The notes under the pieces: model-generated
The model's database searches: none
What the model saw: the letters and a program-made list of their open reading frames with translations, nothing else
What the model was told of the DNA's origin: nothing
DNA from: Candidatus Zixiibacteriota bacterium
GTDB lineage: Bacteria > Zixibacteria > MSB-5A5 > GN15 > FEB-12
DNA length: 28,832 bases
Assembly (NCBI GenBank): GCA_022570975.1
Contig: JACZYS010000004.1
Coordinates: 1 to 28,832, forward strand
Direction: 5' to 3'
Made by a program: the position numbers and the translations under genes
In this document: one piece after another, positions 1 to 8,639 of the stretch
How positions within the stretch are numbered: position 1 is the first letter of the stretch
How the letters are laid out: each line of letters begins with the position of its first letter

Positions 1-931
1 ACCGTTTCAGGTAATTAATAAGTTTACTGATCGGTGTCTGATTTATTTCTTCAAGATATTTTGTTGCGTAATCATACTCCCATTTAGAAGGTTGGCTATG
101 CTCTTTTGCCAATGCCAAATAATGTTTAGCCTTCTCTTTTTCCCCTAACCTTAAGTATGCCATTCCTGCATAATAATATGCCTGAGATTTATAGTTTCTG
201 TGAAGAAATTCTTCCTCTATCAATTTGAACGTATCCAGAATTGCTTGATAGTCGTACTTTTCATAATGGATCCGCAATAGAGTCATGTAGTAATCTTGGT
301 GAAAAGAGTCATACAGCAATTCAATATTTATTTTGGTTAAGTAATTCGCTGCCTTTTCGATTTCATTCATATGAATATAAGCTCTACCGATTTCGAAGTT
401 AATCAAGTTGAGTTTGGCATTATTCTCATTAACTGATTCAGTTTTATTTAACTCGCTTACAGCTTTATGAAATTCGGACAACCCATCCTCATTTTGGCTC
501 AGGAATATAAGACACCTCCCCTTATGCAATCTAAAACTAAACCTTGAGGTCGCCCAATCTTGGTTGGTATAAGAATCGAAGTATTTTTCACCTATATTAA
601 AATACTTTAATGCTTCTTTGTATCGGCCGATTAACAAGAGTGATGTTGCTAAATTCTTGAGGATATGTATTAGATTAAGTCCATGTTCATCTTCTGAACT
701 CAAGTCCCAAGCCAATTTCAAATGATGAGTGGCTTGATCATATTGCTTCAAGAATCTATAGCATGAACCCATCCACTGATGGATTTCTGTCTCTTCTACG
801 ACATCTAAATGATGTTCTAACAAGTGAGTTAGAATTTTTAGTGATTTTACTTGTTTAGAGTCACTTTCTAATTCAATAGCTTCTTCAAGTAGTGCTTCAG
901 CTTGCTCTTGGGTATGTTCCCAACAGGGCAT
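1..931 (-). CDS. TPR-repeat protein, 3' end runs off the window (>=310 aa); absent from the ORF track
   Basis: Manual translation from the ATG at 931 (MPCWEHTQEQAEALLEEAIELE...) stays open to base 1. It contains TPR-like helices (HQWMGSCYRFLKQYDQA, KNLATSLLLIGRYKEAL, YYYAGMAYLRLGEKEKAKHYL). A purine-rich GAGGAAAGG lies upstream. Confidence 0.85.
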   Translation of the reverse strand, partial: MPCWEHTQEQAEALLEEAIELESDSKQVKSLKILTHLLEHHLDVVEETEIHQWMGSCYRFLKQYDQATHHLKLAWDLSSEDEHGLNLIHILKNLATSLLLIGRYKEALKYFNIGEKYFDSYTNQDWATSRFSFRLHKGRCLIFLSQNEDGLSEFHKAVSELNKTESVNENNAKLNLINFEIGRAYIHMNEIEKAANYLTKINIELLYDSFHQDYYMTLLRIHYEKYDYQAILDTFKLIEEEFLHRNYKSQAYYYAGMAYLRLGEKEKAKHYLALAKEHSQPSKWEYDYATKYLEEINQTPISKLINYLKR

Positions 932-998
932 AATAATGCTTTTTCCTTTCCTCTTTTAAAGATAATGCAATCCCAATGTTGGAGTAAAGCACTTTTAC

Positions 999-1202
999 TT
1001 ATATCTGGTTTTCCACACTTAAAACCCTTGGCTGAACAGGTTTTGGAGGAGGTACTTGATTTTGTTTCTTTTCCTCTTTTTTCTTTTCTTCTTTCTTCTT
1101 TTCATCCTTCTTGTACTGAGTATCAAGTGATTTCTTTTCTTTTTCTCTCTTATCCAGCTCATTTTTTTCTGGAGAACCTAAGATTATTGCACGGGTGCCC
1201 AT
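999..1202 (-). CDS. small Lys/Glu-rich hypothetical protein (67 aa)
   Basis: Same strand as both neighbours and fills the gap between them. The sequence is charged and ends in a Pro-rich tail. No clear RBS and low complexity. Confidence 0.35.
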   Translation of the reverse strand: MGTRAIILGSPEKNELDKREKEKKSLDTQYKKDEKKKEEKKKEEKKQNQVPPPKPVQPRVLSVENQI

Positions 1203-1322
1203 CCGTTTGCGGTGGGTTTCTTGTTACCTACTTACAAGGTCGCTCAAAAACAAATATTGATATTGTCAGTTTATTTTATAATGCACTACTAAAACAATTT
1301 GGGGAAATTTGGACAATTAACG

Positions 1323-3212
1323 CTAATTGCTTTGTTTTAACAGCAAAAGCTTCTTCGTATATTCCTCAAATTTCTTTTTATTTCCTCTTAACTTATAAAT
1401 ATTTGCGAGAGAACGAATAGTCATTATATCTTTAGAATCTCTTTCATATGCTTGAAGATATGACTTTTCGGCTTTATCAAGATCTCCAAGTTTTTCATAT
1501 GAATAACCTACGTGTCGGAATATGAGTTTGCTGTATGGGTTTAATCCCAACGCAGTTTCCAATATTTCCCTGGCATCATCGAATTTATTTATCTGATTAT
1601 AACTCTTGCCGAGATTGAAATATGCAGCTGCAAAAGCTGGGTTTATTTTAATTGCTTGCTTCAGCAGGCTTATTGCTTGCACGAATTTGTTCTGATTCAT
1701 CAAGTTTGATGCCTGTTCGTTTAGTTGATATTCACGATAATTTTTGTTCCAAAATACTCTGAGGGAGTCGACGATATCAGTATGTCCGTTGTTTTTTGCG
1801 TAAGTGTTTACAATTGGTATATAATTCATACTCTTCCTTACGTCGACTTCGAAATATGATTGAACCTGATCAAGTGCTGCTTCCGGATTAACATTAATGT
1901 ATAGTCTAGGTGTGAGAACAAGCCATCCAAGTATTGTTGAAAGCATCAAAACCTGGCGATAGCATTTTATCTTATCTTTGGATGAAATGATAAACAAAAT
2001 TAGAAGCGTGGATATTGGAATGCCAACTGCTGCAAAGAGATCCCAGTCTCTGGGCATTCCTAGTTTCGGGTCAAACAAGAATAAGAGAAGAAATGCTTCT
2101 ATTGACAGTAAGACTAAAAAAACAAATGAATTGTCTTCGAACAATTTCTTCGTAACGTTTTTGATAAAAAGGTATAAGAGCAAAGGGAGGGCGGGGAGGA
2201 GAATCAGGGACTGATTGGCAATGTCTAATAAATGTTTTGTTGAAAATATGGTGTAGCCATCTAAGACAAACCTGTTGCCTGCGTATGGAACTATCGCTAA
2301 TTGGAAGTACAAGTAGTTGTTATAGGCATAAATAAATCCAACAATACCTAGAAATATTAAGCCAAATAAAGAATATTTGAATGTCCTTTTCATTAATAAT
2401 TCTGATACAGAGAGTTTTGTTGTTTTAATTAACCATAAGAGAACAAGCGGTGGAAAAAGAATAATTCCGAAGATGTGAAAAAACGGTGATATCAATGCTA
2501 AAACAGTAGGGTATATAATATTGAGTTTATTCTTTAGATTGAGAAACCCCGTGACTATAAAAGCAAAGATGATTGCATTAAAAAGAGAATAGTTTTCTAC
2601 ATAACCAAAAAAGAGGAGCATCTGACCGCAAGAAAGTAATGCTATTATCAGAATTACTCTATCTGTTAATTTCTTAGAAAGATTTTTGGCCAGGAAAGTC
2701 GAAATTATGACAAATAATATGCCTGAGAAATATGAGATAGATTGGATAGCCATTAATGCTCTATCAATTAGCTTCGTAGGGATGAGAGAATATACAAATC
2801 GATTTATCTCGACCGCTCCCAGATTACTGAATTTGGTGAATCTGTTTTCGGTTTCGATTCCACTAAGTGTTTCGTATCCATCGCCCAGGAAGTGAGTGGT
2901 AGAACGGAAAAAATAAAAGAGTAAGACAAAACTAACAAGGATAATTCCGGAAATCAAATAGAACTTCTTGTCGCTGGGTGCGTCATCAGTTTCCCCGCCA
3001 ATTTTCTTGAGAGTTAGACCGGTAATAATTGGTGCGACAATTCCAATAGTCAGCAGAAAGTATTTTAGTGTACTTGGAATAAATGCCCAATGATTGTATC
3101 CCCAAACTCTGGAGTCAGGGAAAAACGATGCCACAAAAATAGCCGAAAGAATGGCGTAGTAAATTAAATATATCTTTGAAAGGTTCTTGTCGGTTCCGCT
3201 TAACAAATTCAT
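1323..3212 (-). CDS. polytopic membrane protein (GT-C/PMT-like architecture) with C-terminal TPR repeats
   Basis: More than 10 hydrophobic segments, a DGY motif in the first loop, LLFFGYVENY, and clear C-terminal TPRs (AIKINPAFAAAYFNLGKSY...). The glycosyltransferase function is inferred from architecture only. Confidence 0.7.
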   Translation of the reverse strand: MNLLSGTDKNLSKIYLIYYAILSAIFVASFFPDSRVWGYNHWAFIPSTLKYFLLTIGIVAPIITGLTLKKIGGETDDAPSDKKFYLISGIILVSFVLLFYFFRSTTHFLGDGYETLSGIETENRFTKFSNLGAVEINRFVYSLIPTKLIDRALMAIQSISYFSGILFVIISTFLAKNLSKKLTDRVILIIALLSCGQMLLFFGYVENYSLFNAIIFAFIVTGFLNLKNKLNIIYPTVLALISPFFHIFGIILFPPLVLLWLIKTTKLSVSELLMKRTFKYSLFGLIFLGIVGFIYAYNNYLYFQLAIVPYAGNRFVLDGYTIFSTKHLLDIANQSLILLPALPLLLYLFIKNVTKKLFEDNSFVFLVLLSIEAFLLLFLFDPKLGMPRDWDLFAAVGIPISTLLILFIISSKDKIKCYRQVLMLSTILGWLVLTPRLYINVNPEAALDQVQSYFEVDVRKSMNYIPIVNTYAKNNGHTDIVDSLRVFWNKNYREYQLNEQASNLMNQNKFVQAISLLKQAIKINPAFAAAYFNLGKSYNQINKFDDAREILETALGLNPYSKLIFRHVGYSYEKLGDLDKAEKSYLQAYERDSKDIMTIRSLANIYKLRGNKKKFEEYTKKLLLLKQSN

Positions 3213-3342
3213 TTTCTACCAAAAATCCTGATATCTTTTGATTATTATCATATTCAATAATTGTGTCGCAATCAAACTACCGCAAACCAAATCGGATTCC
3301 CGTGGGCGGCAGATGCCCTCGTCTGACCCATTATCAACGATA

Positions 3343-3363
3343 ATGGCGGAGAGGCAGGGATTC
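3343..3363 (-). repeat. outer att core: 21-bp copy of the tRNA-Ser 3' end
   Basis: ATGGCGGAGAGGCAGGGATTC is identical to 3648-3668 and 23044-23064. Identity with the inner copy extends to 28 bp (3342-3369 vs 3647-3674). Confidence 0.95.
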
Positions 3364-3490
3364 TCCGTGGTGTGATTTTGCAAGGCTCTGACTGGTAGCA
3401 AGATACGAGATAAGATGTTGAAATATATAGTTTTAGGTTCTTTATGTTTTTTGGTCGTTTTACAAGGATTTTGATAGTTTTTGAATCCAA

Positions 3491-3512
3491 GTTGGCAGAA
3501 ATTTGGCAGAAA
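3491..3512. repeat. tandem 11-bp repeat, putative integrase arm-type sites (outer att)
   Basis: GTTGGCAGAAA followed by TTTGGCAGAAA, starting 128 bp after the last base of the outer core; resembles 22951-22972. Confidence 0.6.
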
Positions 3513-3647
3513 TAAAGTGGACTAGTATAAGTATTATTAGTGTTGAAGTCATTTTTAGTTAAGAGTCTGACCAATTAATAATAATCATCGAATCTACTAT
3601 TTTGCTTTATTCAGGAAAAGTAGATGAGATTTATTTGATTAATTTAA

Positions 3648-3668
3648 ATGGCGGAGAGGCAGGGATTC
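3648..3668 (-). repeat. inner att core: 21-bp copy of the tRNA-Ser 3' end
   Basis: Exact match to 23044-23064 and 3343-3363. Confidence 0.95.
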
Positions 3669-3740
3669 TCCGTGTGGCTTTTTTGCTAACTTCAATCACT
3701 TCAACAATATAGGGCAAAATGAGTATGTTGTAAACACTTG

Positions 3741-3780
3741 AGTAGATACAAGTAGGAGCAAGTAGAGCCAAGTAGATGCA
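3741..3780. repeat. four 10-bp-period repeats AGTAGnnnCA, putative Xis/RDF-binding tract
   Basis: AGTAGATACA AGTAGGAGCA AGTAGAGCCA AGTAGATGCA lies between the inner core and its arm repeats. The repeat is seen directly; the function is inferred. Confidence 0.55.
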
Positions 3781-3795
3781 ACTTACTCGAAATAG

Positions 3796-3817
3796 ATTGT
3801 TAGAAAATTGTTAGAAA
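3796..3817. repeat. tandem 11-bp repeat ATTGTTAGAAA x2, putative arm-type sites (inner att)
   Basis: Perfect tandem duplication starting 128 bp after the last base of the inner core, the same offset as at the outer att. Confidence 0.6.
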
Positions 3818-3907
3818 AGAATCGGTCTTTATTTCTATAGTTCTAGAATTTGCTGAAACAGGGAGAAAAAAAAGGGAGATTGTTGATTTGTTATTATATC
3901 TGAAAGG

Positions 3908-6862
3908 TCACTTTAAGAGCATCATTTTATTACTAGAAGAATTTTGATTTGTTACCAATCTATAAATGTAAATTCCACTGGGGAGTTGCTTGCTATTGTT
4001 GTCCTTTCCATCCCAACTAACAACATGATTCCCTGCCGACAATATTCCACTAATTAAAATTCTAACTTTTTGCCCATTGACATTAAAAATTTCTAATTTG
4101 GTTACAGATGATCTTGGTAAAGAAAACTCGATTTTTGTTTCAGGATTAAAAGGATTGGGATAATTCTGTGAAAGTGTAAACTGCTCTGGTAAATCCTTTT
4201 CAACTTCATCATCTATCCCAACAGATATTCCTTTGTCATAAGCGGTTTGTGCAAAAAGTGCAGCAGAAAATATTTCCGCTGAATCTGTTCCAGCTAGTAA
4301 AGCAAATGCTATAGATTGTGATTCATCTGGCAGAAGATCTATTGGACCTGAGGAGAGAACTTGATTAAGATCGTCGTAAACGTTTTTGTACAAGTTTGCT
4401 GTTGAAAATCCTGTATAAAGGGCAAGATATTTCTCAGATTCGGTAAATCCATCGCCATCGGTTGGATAATCAACCTCAACTATTGTTTGGGTTAAAGCAG
4501 CTCTTGGCGATCCTCCGAGAAGTTTTATTCCTCTATAATTTCGAAGATCAACTCCGTTATTGTAAGCAGTCCAAAGAAACGCTCCTGAAGAATCATAACC
4601 TCCCGCATTGGAGTTATAGGTTACTATATCCCAGTCCAAGTATATACCAACGAATATACTGTTAACTGAAAATGAATTCACATTTGTTACATCATACACT
4701 AGAATGATGTAGTTGTCGTTTGGGCTGTTTGCAAAAGCATATGAATTCTGTTCTACTTTTAGTCCAATTGGATTCTCAGCTCGAGAGTCATCAAAAATTG
4801 AATAGGAATCTTGATCAGATGTTATACCCGGTTGCAGCAAAGAAATATTACCACCGTTTGATACTGCAAAATCACCGTCTGGTTCACCAACAGGATTCCT
4901 GACCCCATCTGAAACTTGTGTTGGACCTATTCCAATCATAAGGCCACCCTCGTAAAGGTCGTTAAATCCAGAGTTAAACTTGAACCCAACTCCACCAGCA
5001 GGAAATTCGCCCCCATCAGCCATCCCAAATGTACCAAAATTACTAATACTGAATTCAATATTGTTTACGTTGTGAGTTGCGAATGACCTTTCTCTCTTGT
5101 TGCCTACCTGAATATAGAGCCTTGCTGAATTTGAATAACTACCACCATCTGAAATCATTATATCAGCCGTTAAGACTGAGCCGTTCCTGGCTGAGGGATC
5201 AATTGCAATTCTAAGTGAGTCTCCAGACCTGAGAGTATCTCCTTCTCCAATAACTCCATAGAAAGCCGTACCATTCAAAACATTCAACAATGGATCAGAT
5301 GCTGTGACAGTCAGTGAGATATTGGAAGCAGTTGCGCCTCTATTTAGCAATTTTATAGTTCCAATTGCAGTATTTCCTGAATTGAGCGGTTGATAATCAA
5401 AGGAATGGACCACTACATTTGGCAATGAATTGTCAACTGACAGCGCATTCAAGGCCCCCATACAGTCAATTACACCCCAACCATAGTTATTATCTGGTAA
5501 ACTCAATCCATAAGTTTGAGTCGAAGTCAGAATTGCCGTTTTTATTTCATCAACTGTTGCGTTTGGATTCTTTTCTCTCAATAATGCCACTAATCCTGAA
5601 ACGTGAGGAGCAGCAAAAGATGTCCCATCCAACTCCACATATCCACCTCCTAATTCTGTTGTAATGACATACTTGCCCGGTGCAGTAACGTTCGGCTTTA
5701 TGGCACCGTTGCAGTCAGATGGACCGCGTGATGAAATTGATGCCACCTGTGGCACAGAAAAAGAATCAACTGCACCTACCGCAAAACAGTCAATAGAATC
5801 CAAGGCACGGTTGGCAGGATTAACAATATTTGTTCCACCAGCGCCCGAATTGCCTGCTGCAAAGATATTAACAATACCCAGTGCTTCTATGTTATCCATT
5901 AGCGAATAAAAAATGTCCTGACAATCAATTCCAGAAACTCCCCAGCTATGGTTGATGACATCTGGTAAATCCGAAATAGTATTGAAATCCCCATCAGGAT
6001 TTGCCGCCCATTCAAGACCGTCTATCAGTGATGCACCGGGAATGTTTAGTACTCCTGCAGCAATCCATTGAGCATTGATTGCCACTCCAATTGTATCACC
6101 TGTTAAATCATCTCGACCAACAATTATTCCCGTTGTCCTTGTTCCGTGAAAAGGGGTGTTTCCTGTTGGAATGCCGTGAGGATAATTCAATTTATAGGCC
6201 GGATCAAACCACGCCGCCGATGAATCACCATCTCTCCCTTTCCAACTATTAACTAGCGCTGGATGACTTGCATCGACTCCACCATCAATCGAACAAACAA
6301 TTCTTCCTGCTCCGGTAAATCCCGCTTTCCAAGCAGAATCAGCTTTGATAGCTCTCAGATTTGTTCCAACTGTTGAAGAGATTGCATCAGTAAAATTACT
6401 GAGTTTCTTCCTCTTGTTTTTTATGCCTACCGACGTGATTTTGGGAACCGAATATATTATTTCAATATCGTCTCTCTTTAACAAACTCCTTAAGGCATTG
6501 ATTCTAATCTCTGCTTCAACTATATTTACCAACCAGTGAGAGTTATATGACTTTACATTGTCTTGCTTTTTCAACAGATCTAAAGCCGATAGTAATTCAT
6601 GTTGAGCACTCAAGTGGTTAAGTTCTAACTTGTCTGCAGTTGCTTTGTAGCGAACCGCTCTGTCAACTGGTAGTGCTTTTGCAATTCGCTTGAGTTCTGT
6701 GGAAGACTGAACTTCAGGAAGCTTAATCCATACAGAGACAAATTCATTGTTACTTATCTTTGAAATTTTATCTGTCAATTCACCAGACAACTTACCTGCG
6801 CTGAGATTTGCAGATATAAGTAAGACTATGAGAAATAATACGTTGGCAACTTTATTTTTCAT
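3908..6862 (-). CDS. secreted S8 (subtilisin-family) serine peptidase with C-terminal FlgD-Ig/T9SS type A sorting-like domain
   Basis: Signal peptide and prodomain; catalytic triad motifs SIDGGVD, FHGTRTTG and GTSFAAPHVSG; oxyanion AAGN; C-terminal LSQNYPNPFNPETKIEFSLP...SGIYIYRL. Confidence 0.92.
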   Translation of the reverse strand: MKNKVANVLFLIVLLISANLSAGKLSGELTDKISKISNNEFVSVWIKLPEVQSSTELKRIAKALPVDRAVRYKATADKLELNHLSAQHELLSALDLLKKQDNVKSYNSHWLVNIVEAEIRINALRSLLKRDDIEIIYSVPKITSVGIKNKRKKLSNFTDAISSTVGTNLRAIKADSAWKAGFTGAGRIVCSIDGGVDASHPALVNSWKGRDGDSSAAWFDPAYKLNYPHGIPTGNTPFHGTRTTGIIVGRDDLTGDTIGVAINAQWIAAGVLNIPGASLIDGLEWAANPDGDFNTISDLPDVINHSWGVSGIDCQDIFYSLMDNIEALGIVNIFAAGNSGAGGTNIVNPANRALDSIDCFAVGAVDSFSVPQVASISSRGPSDCNGAIKPNVTAPGKYVITTELGGGYVELDGTSFAAPHVSGLVALLREKNPNATVDEIKTAILTSTQTYGLSLPDNNYGWGVIDCMGALNALSVDNSLPNVVVHSFDYQPLNSGNTAIGTIKLLNRGATASNISLTVTASDPLLNVLNGTAFYGVIGEGDTLRSGDSLRIAIDPSARNGSVLTADIMISDGGSYSNSARLYIQVGNKRERSFATHNVNNIEFSISNFGTFGMADGGEFPAGGVGFKFNSGFNDLYEGGLMIGIGPTQVSDGVRNPVGEPDGDFAVSNGGNISLLQPGITSDQDSYSIFDDSRAENPIGLKVEQNSYAFANSPNDNYIILVYDVTNVNSFSVNSIFVGIYLDWDIVTYNSNAGGYDSSGAFLWTAYNNGVDLRNYRGIKLLGGSPRAALTQTIVEVDYPTDGDGFTESEKYLALYTGFSTANLYKNVYDDLNQVLSSGPIDLLPDESQSIAFALLAGTDSAEIFSAALFAQTAYDKGISVGIDDEVEKDLPEQFTLSQNYPNPFNPETKIEFSLPRSSVTKLEIFNVNGQKVRILISGILSAGNHVVSWDGKDNNSKQLPSGIYIYRLVTNQNSSSNKMMLLK

Positions 6863-6896
6863 TTATTCGCTATTTGGTTAGAGCCAATAAAACTAG

Positions 6897-8552
6897 CTAT
6901 TCCCAAGGGTTGAATTTGCCCATGTTGGGGCGGATGCCTTCGTCTGGGGTGTTTGGTGCCGAACCGCCTTTGAAAAAGTAATTTACCAAATATGTTAAAT
7001 CAGCAATATTACCATTACTGGAATCTGCATTGAAATCCAAAATATTACGCGGCCAATAAACATCATCACCACCTTTGAACATATATCTCACCATTGATGT
7101 CAGATCAGCGATATTGCCAGATAAGTCAGCATTAATATCTCCTGGCGTAAATCTCCCCACTTGATCATATGGCATTAGCTGTGCTCTTATACGGTGTTCA
7201 GGTGCAAAGTCTCTCCAAATAAACACCGCCTGACCAGCGTCGTTGATATCACAATCAAAATGGAGCCCATGAATACCTGCAATACCGGGGATATTATTGA
7301 TCCTCATATTATGGCCAACTAAATTTCCAGTTGGATCAACCTTTTGTGCAAATACATCCAATTTTTGAGATGCCCCGTTATCAGGGTGAAGTCGTGCATC
7401 TGACCAGAAAACCAATACATTACCCAGTGAATCACAGGCGAGAGTTGGATGGATAACTTGTTGCAATAAGAGCCATGTGGTATCGGCATCATTTACCCTG
7501 ACAGGGTCATACTTTGGTGTGCCATCTGCATTAAATCCTCGAACCCAGATATGGTTGCGAACCCAATAGAACGAGTTTAGCTGACTTTCGAACCAGACTA
7601 TATAGAAATCTCCATCCGGTTCCATCATCATATCTAGTCTATGAACATTCTCAGTTGCACAATTGGCCGTATCCATGTAGCCGGCCGAACAGTCGGCCAT
7701 CATGGCATCAGTTCGTGGAGTGCCGTCGGCGTTAAAAACTGCATAAAATACATGGGAATACGGTGAACCGTAGTCACTGGCATTCCAGGCTACGGCAAAG
7801 GAATTGTCATCGGCAAGTCCAATTGCTGGTTCACTGAAGATATCATATTTACCTTCATAATTAGGAACTCCCAGAAGGGGATGAGGTAGAAACATTGCAT
7901 TTATAACCGAAGACATGCTATCAATATCTTGATAATATAATCTTATAAGGACTGAATCTTTGGTTACCAGATTTTGATGGGGATATACTTCACAGACCAT
8001 TGCAATAACATTGTTATTATTTATTGCTCCGTAGGGACGGTTAGAAATATAAGGTAAATATTCTGGCTCGCATAGCATACATACTGGATCTTCAGCATGT
8101 GGCGCTCCATTCTCATCAAATAAATATGCGAAAATCCTAGAGAATAATTCCAGAGTGACAGTATCTTTTTCCGCTTTTGTTGATATCAACACTTTTCCAA
8201 TATCGTTGCAATAGATAGGTAGAGAAGCAACACTTTCCCAGATCGAATCAGAGATTGTATCCGGGAGAAAAACTGTTACCGGCTGGAGCTGGTTACCAAA
8301 TTTGTCAAATCTATTGAATTGCTGAAAACTAAATCCTTGACCTAACGTAACGTAATCAATTTCATATAGATTTCCTGCGGCATCAATGGCAACAGAAGGC
8401 CAAACTGATCTATCTGGGTAACCAAGGGTAGTATCATAGCACATAAAATCATCACGAGTTACAAGTGAATCTGCGTTGGCAACTTGAATATAACATATTA
8501 TCAATGACAATATTATTGAAAAAATTATCTGCTTGACTCTTGTTTTTCTCAT
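6897..8552 (-). CDS. secreted beta-propeller-like repeat protein with C-terminal dockerin-like domain
   Basis: Signal peptide; repeated PxxAxDxxGxFxxxW / F(D/N)xxG units; duplicated dockerin-like motif (GDINADLSGNIADLTSMVRYMFKGG...DFNADSSNGNIADLTYLVNYFFKGG). Confidence 0.75.
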   Translation of the reverse strand: MRKTRVKQIIFSIILSLIICYIQVANADSLVTRDDFMCYDTTLGYPDRSVWPSVAIDAAGNLYEIDYVTLGQGFSFQQFNRFDKFGNQLQPVTVFLPDTISDSIWESVASLPIYCNDIGKVLISTKAEKDTVTLELFSRIFAYLFDENGAPHAEDPVCMLCEPEYLPYISNRPYGAINNNNVIAMVCEVYPHQNLVTKDSVLIRLYYQDIDSMSSVINAMFLPHPLLGVPNYEGKYDIFSEPAIGLADDNSFAVAWNASDYGSPYSHVFYAVFNADGTPRTDAMMADCSAGYMDTANCATENVHRLDMMMEPDGDFYIVWFESQLNSFYWVRNHIWVRGFNADGTPKYDPVRVNDADTTWLLLQQVIHPTLACDSLGNVLVFWSDARLHPDNGASQKLDVFAQKVDPTGNLVGHNMRINNIPGIAGIHGLHFDCDINDAGQAVFIWRDFAPEHRIRAQLMPYDQVGRFTPGDINADLSGNIADLTSMVRYMFKGGDDVYWPRNILDFNADSSNGNIADLTYLVNYFFKGGSAPNTPDEGIRPNMGKFNPWE

Positions 8553-8577
8553 CTAATTAGATTCCCTTAATCTTATA

Positions 8578-8607
8578 GAGTATAGAGAGCTTTTGCTCTC
8601 TATACTC
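8578..8607. terminator. 13-bp perfect intergenic hairpin (terminator or mRNA-stability element)
   Basis: GAGTATAGAGAGC-TTTT-GCTCTCTATACTC between the 8640 and 8552 genes. Confidence 0.55.
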
Positions 8608-8639
8608 CAATATATCGGTTTTTTTTAAATACGCAAAGC

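Noticed and set aside
1160-1240. GC-rich hairpins (CCCACCGCAAACGGATGGG) upstream of the small ORF as a possible riboswitch
   Set aside because: I could not match them to the c-di-GMP, SAM, TPP, glycine or fluoride consensus patterns I know. An Rfam search would be needed.
902-1420. 172-aa plus-strand ORF
   Set aside because: It is antisense to the ends of the TPR genes and to the small ORF. Its Phe/Leu/Ser richness mirrors the A-rich minus strand, and it has no RBS or motif.
3216-3574. Short minus-strand ORFs 3216-3401 and 3272-3574
   Set aside because: They span the att core and arm repeats and have no recognisable motifs; this is probably non-coding att DNA.
3343-3674. Possible CRISPR array or additional tRNA genes from the 28-bp repeats
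   Set aside because: There are only two copies, 305 bp apart. They match the tRNA 3' end only and cannot fold as a full tRNA, and no cas genes are present.
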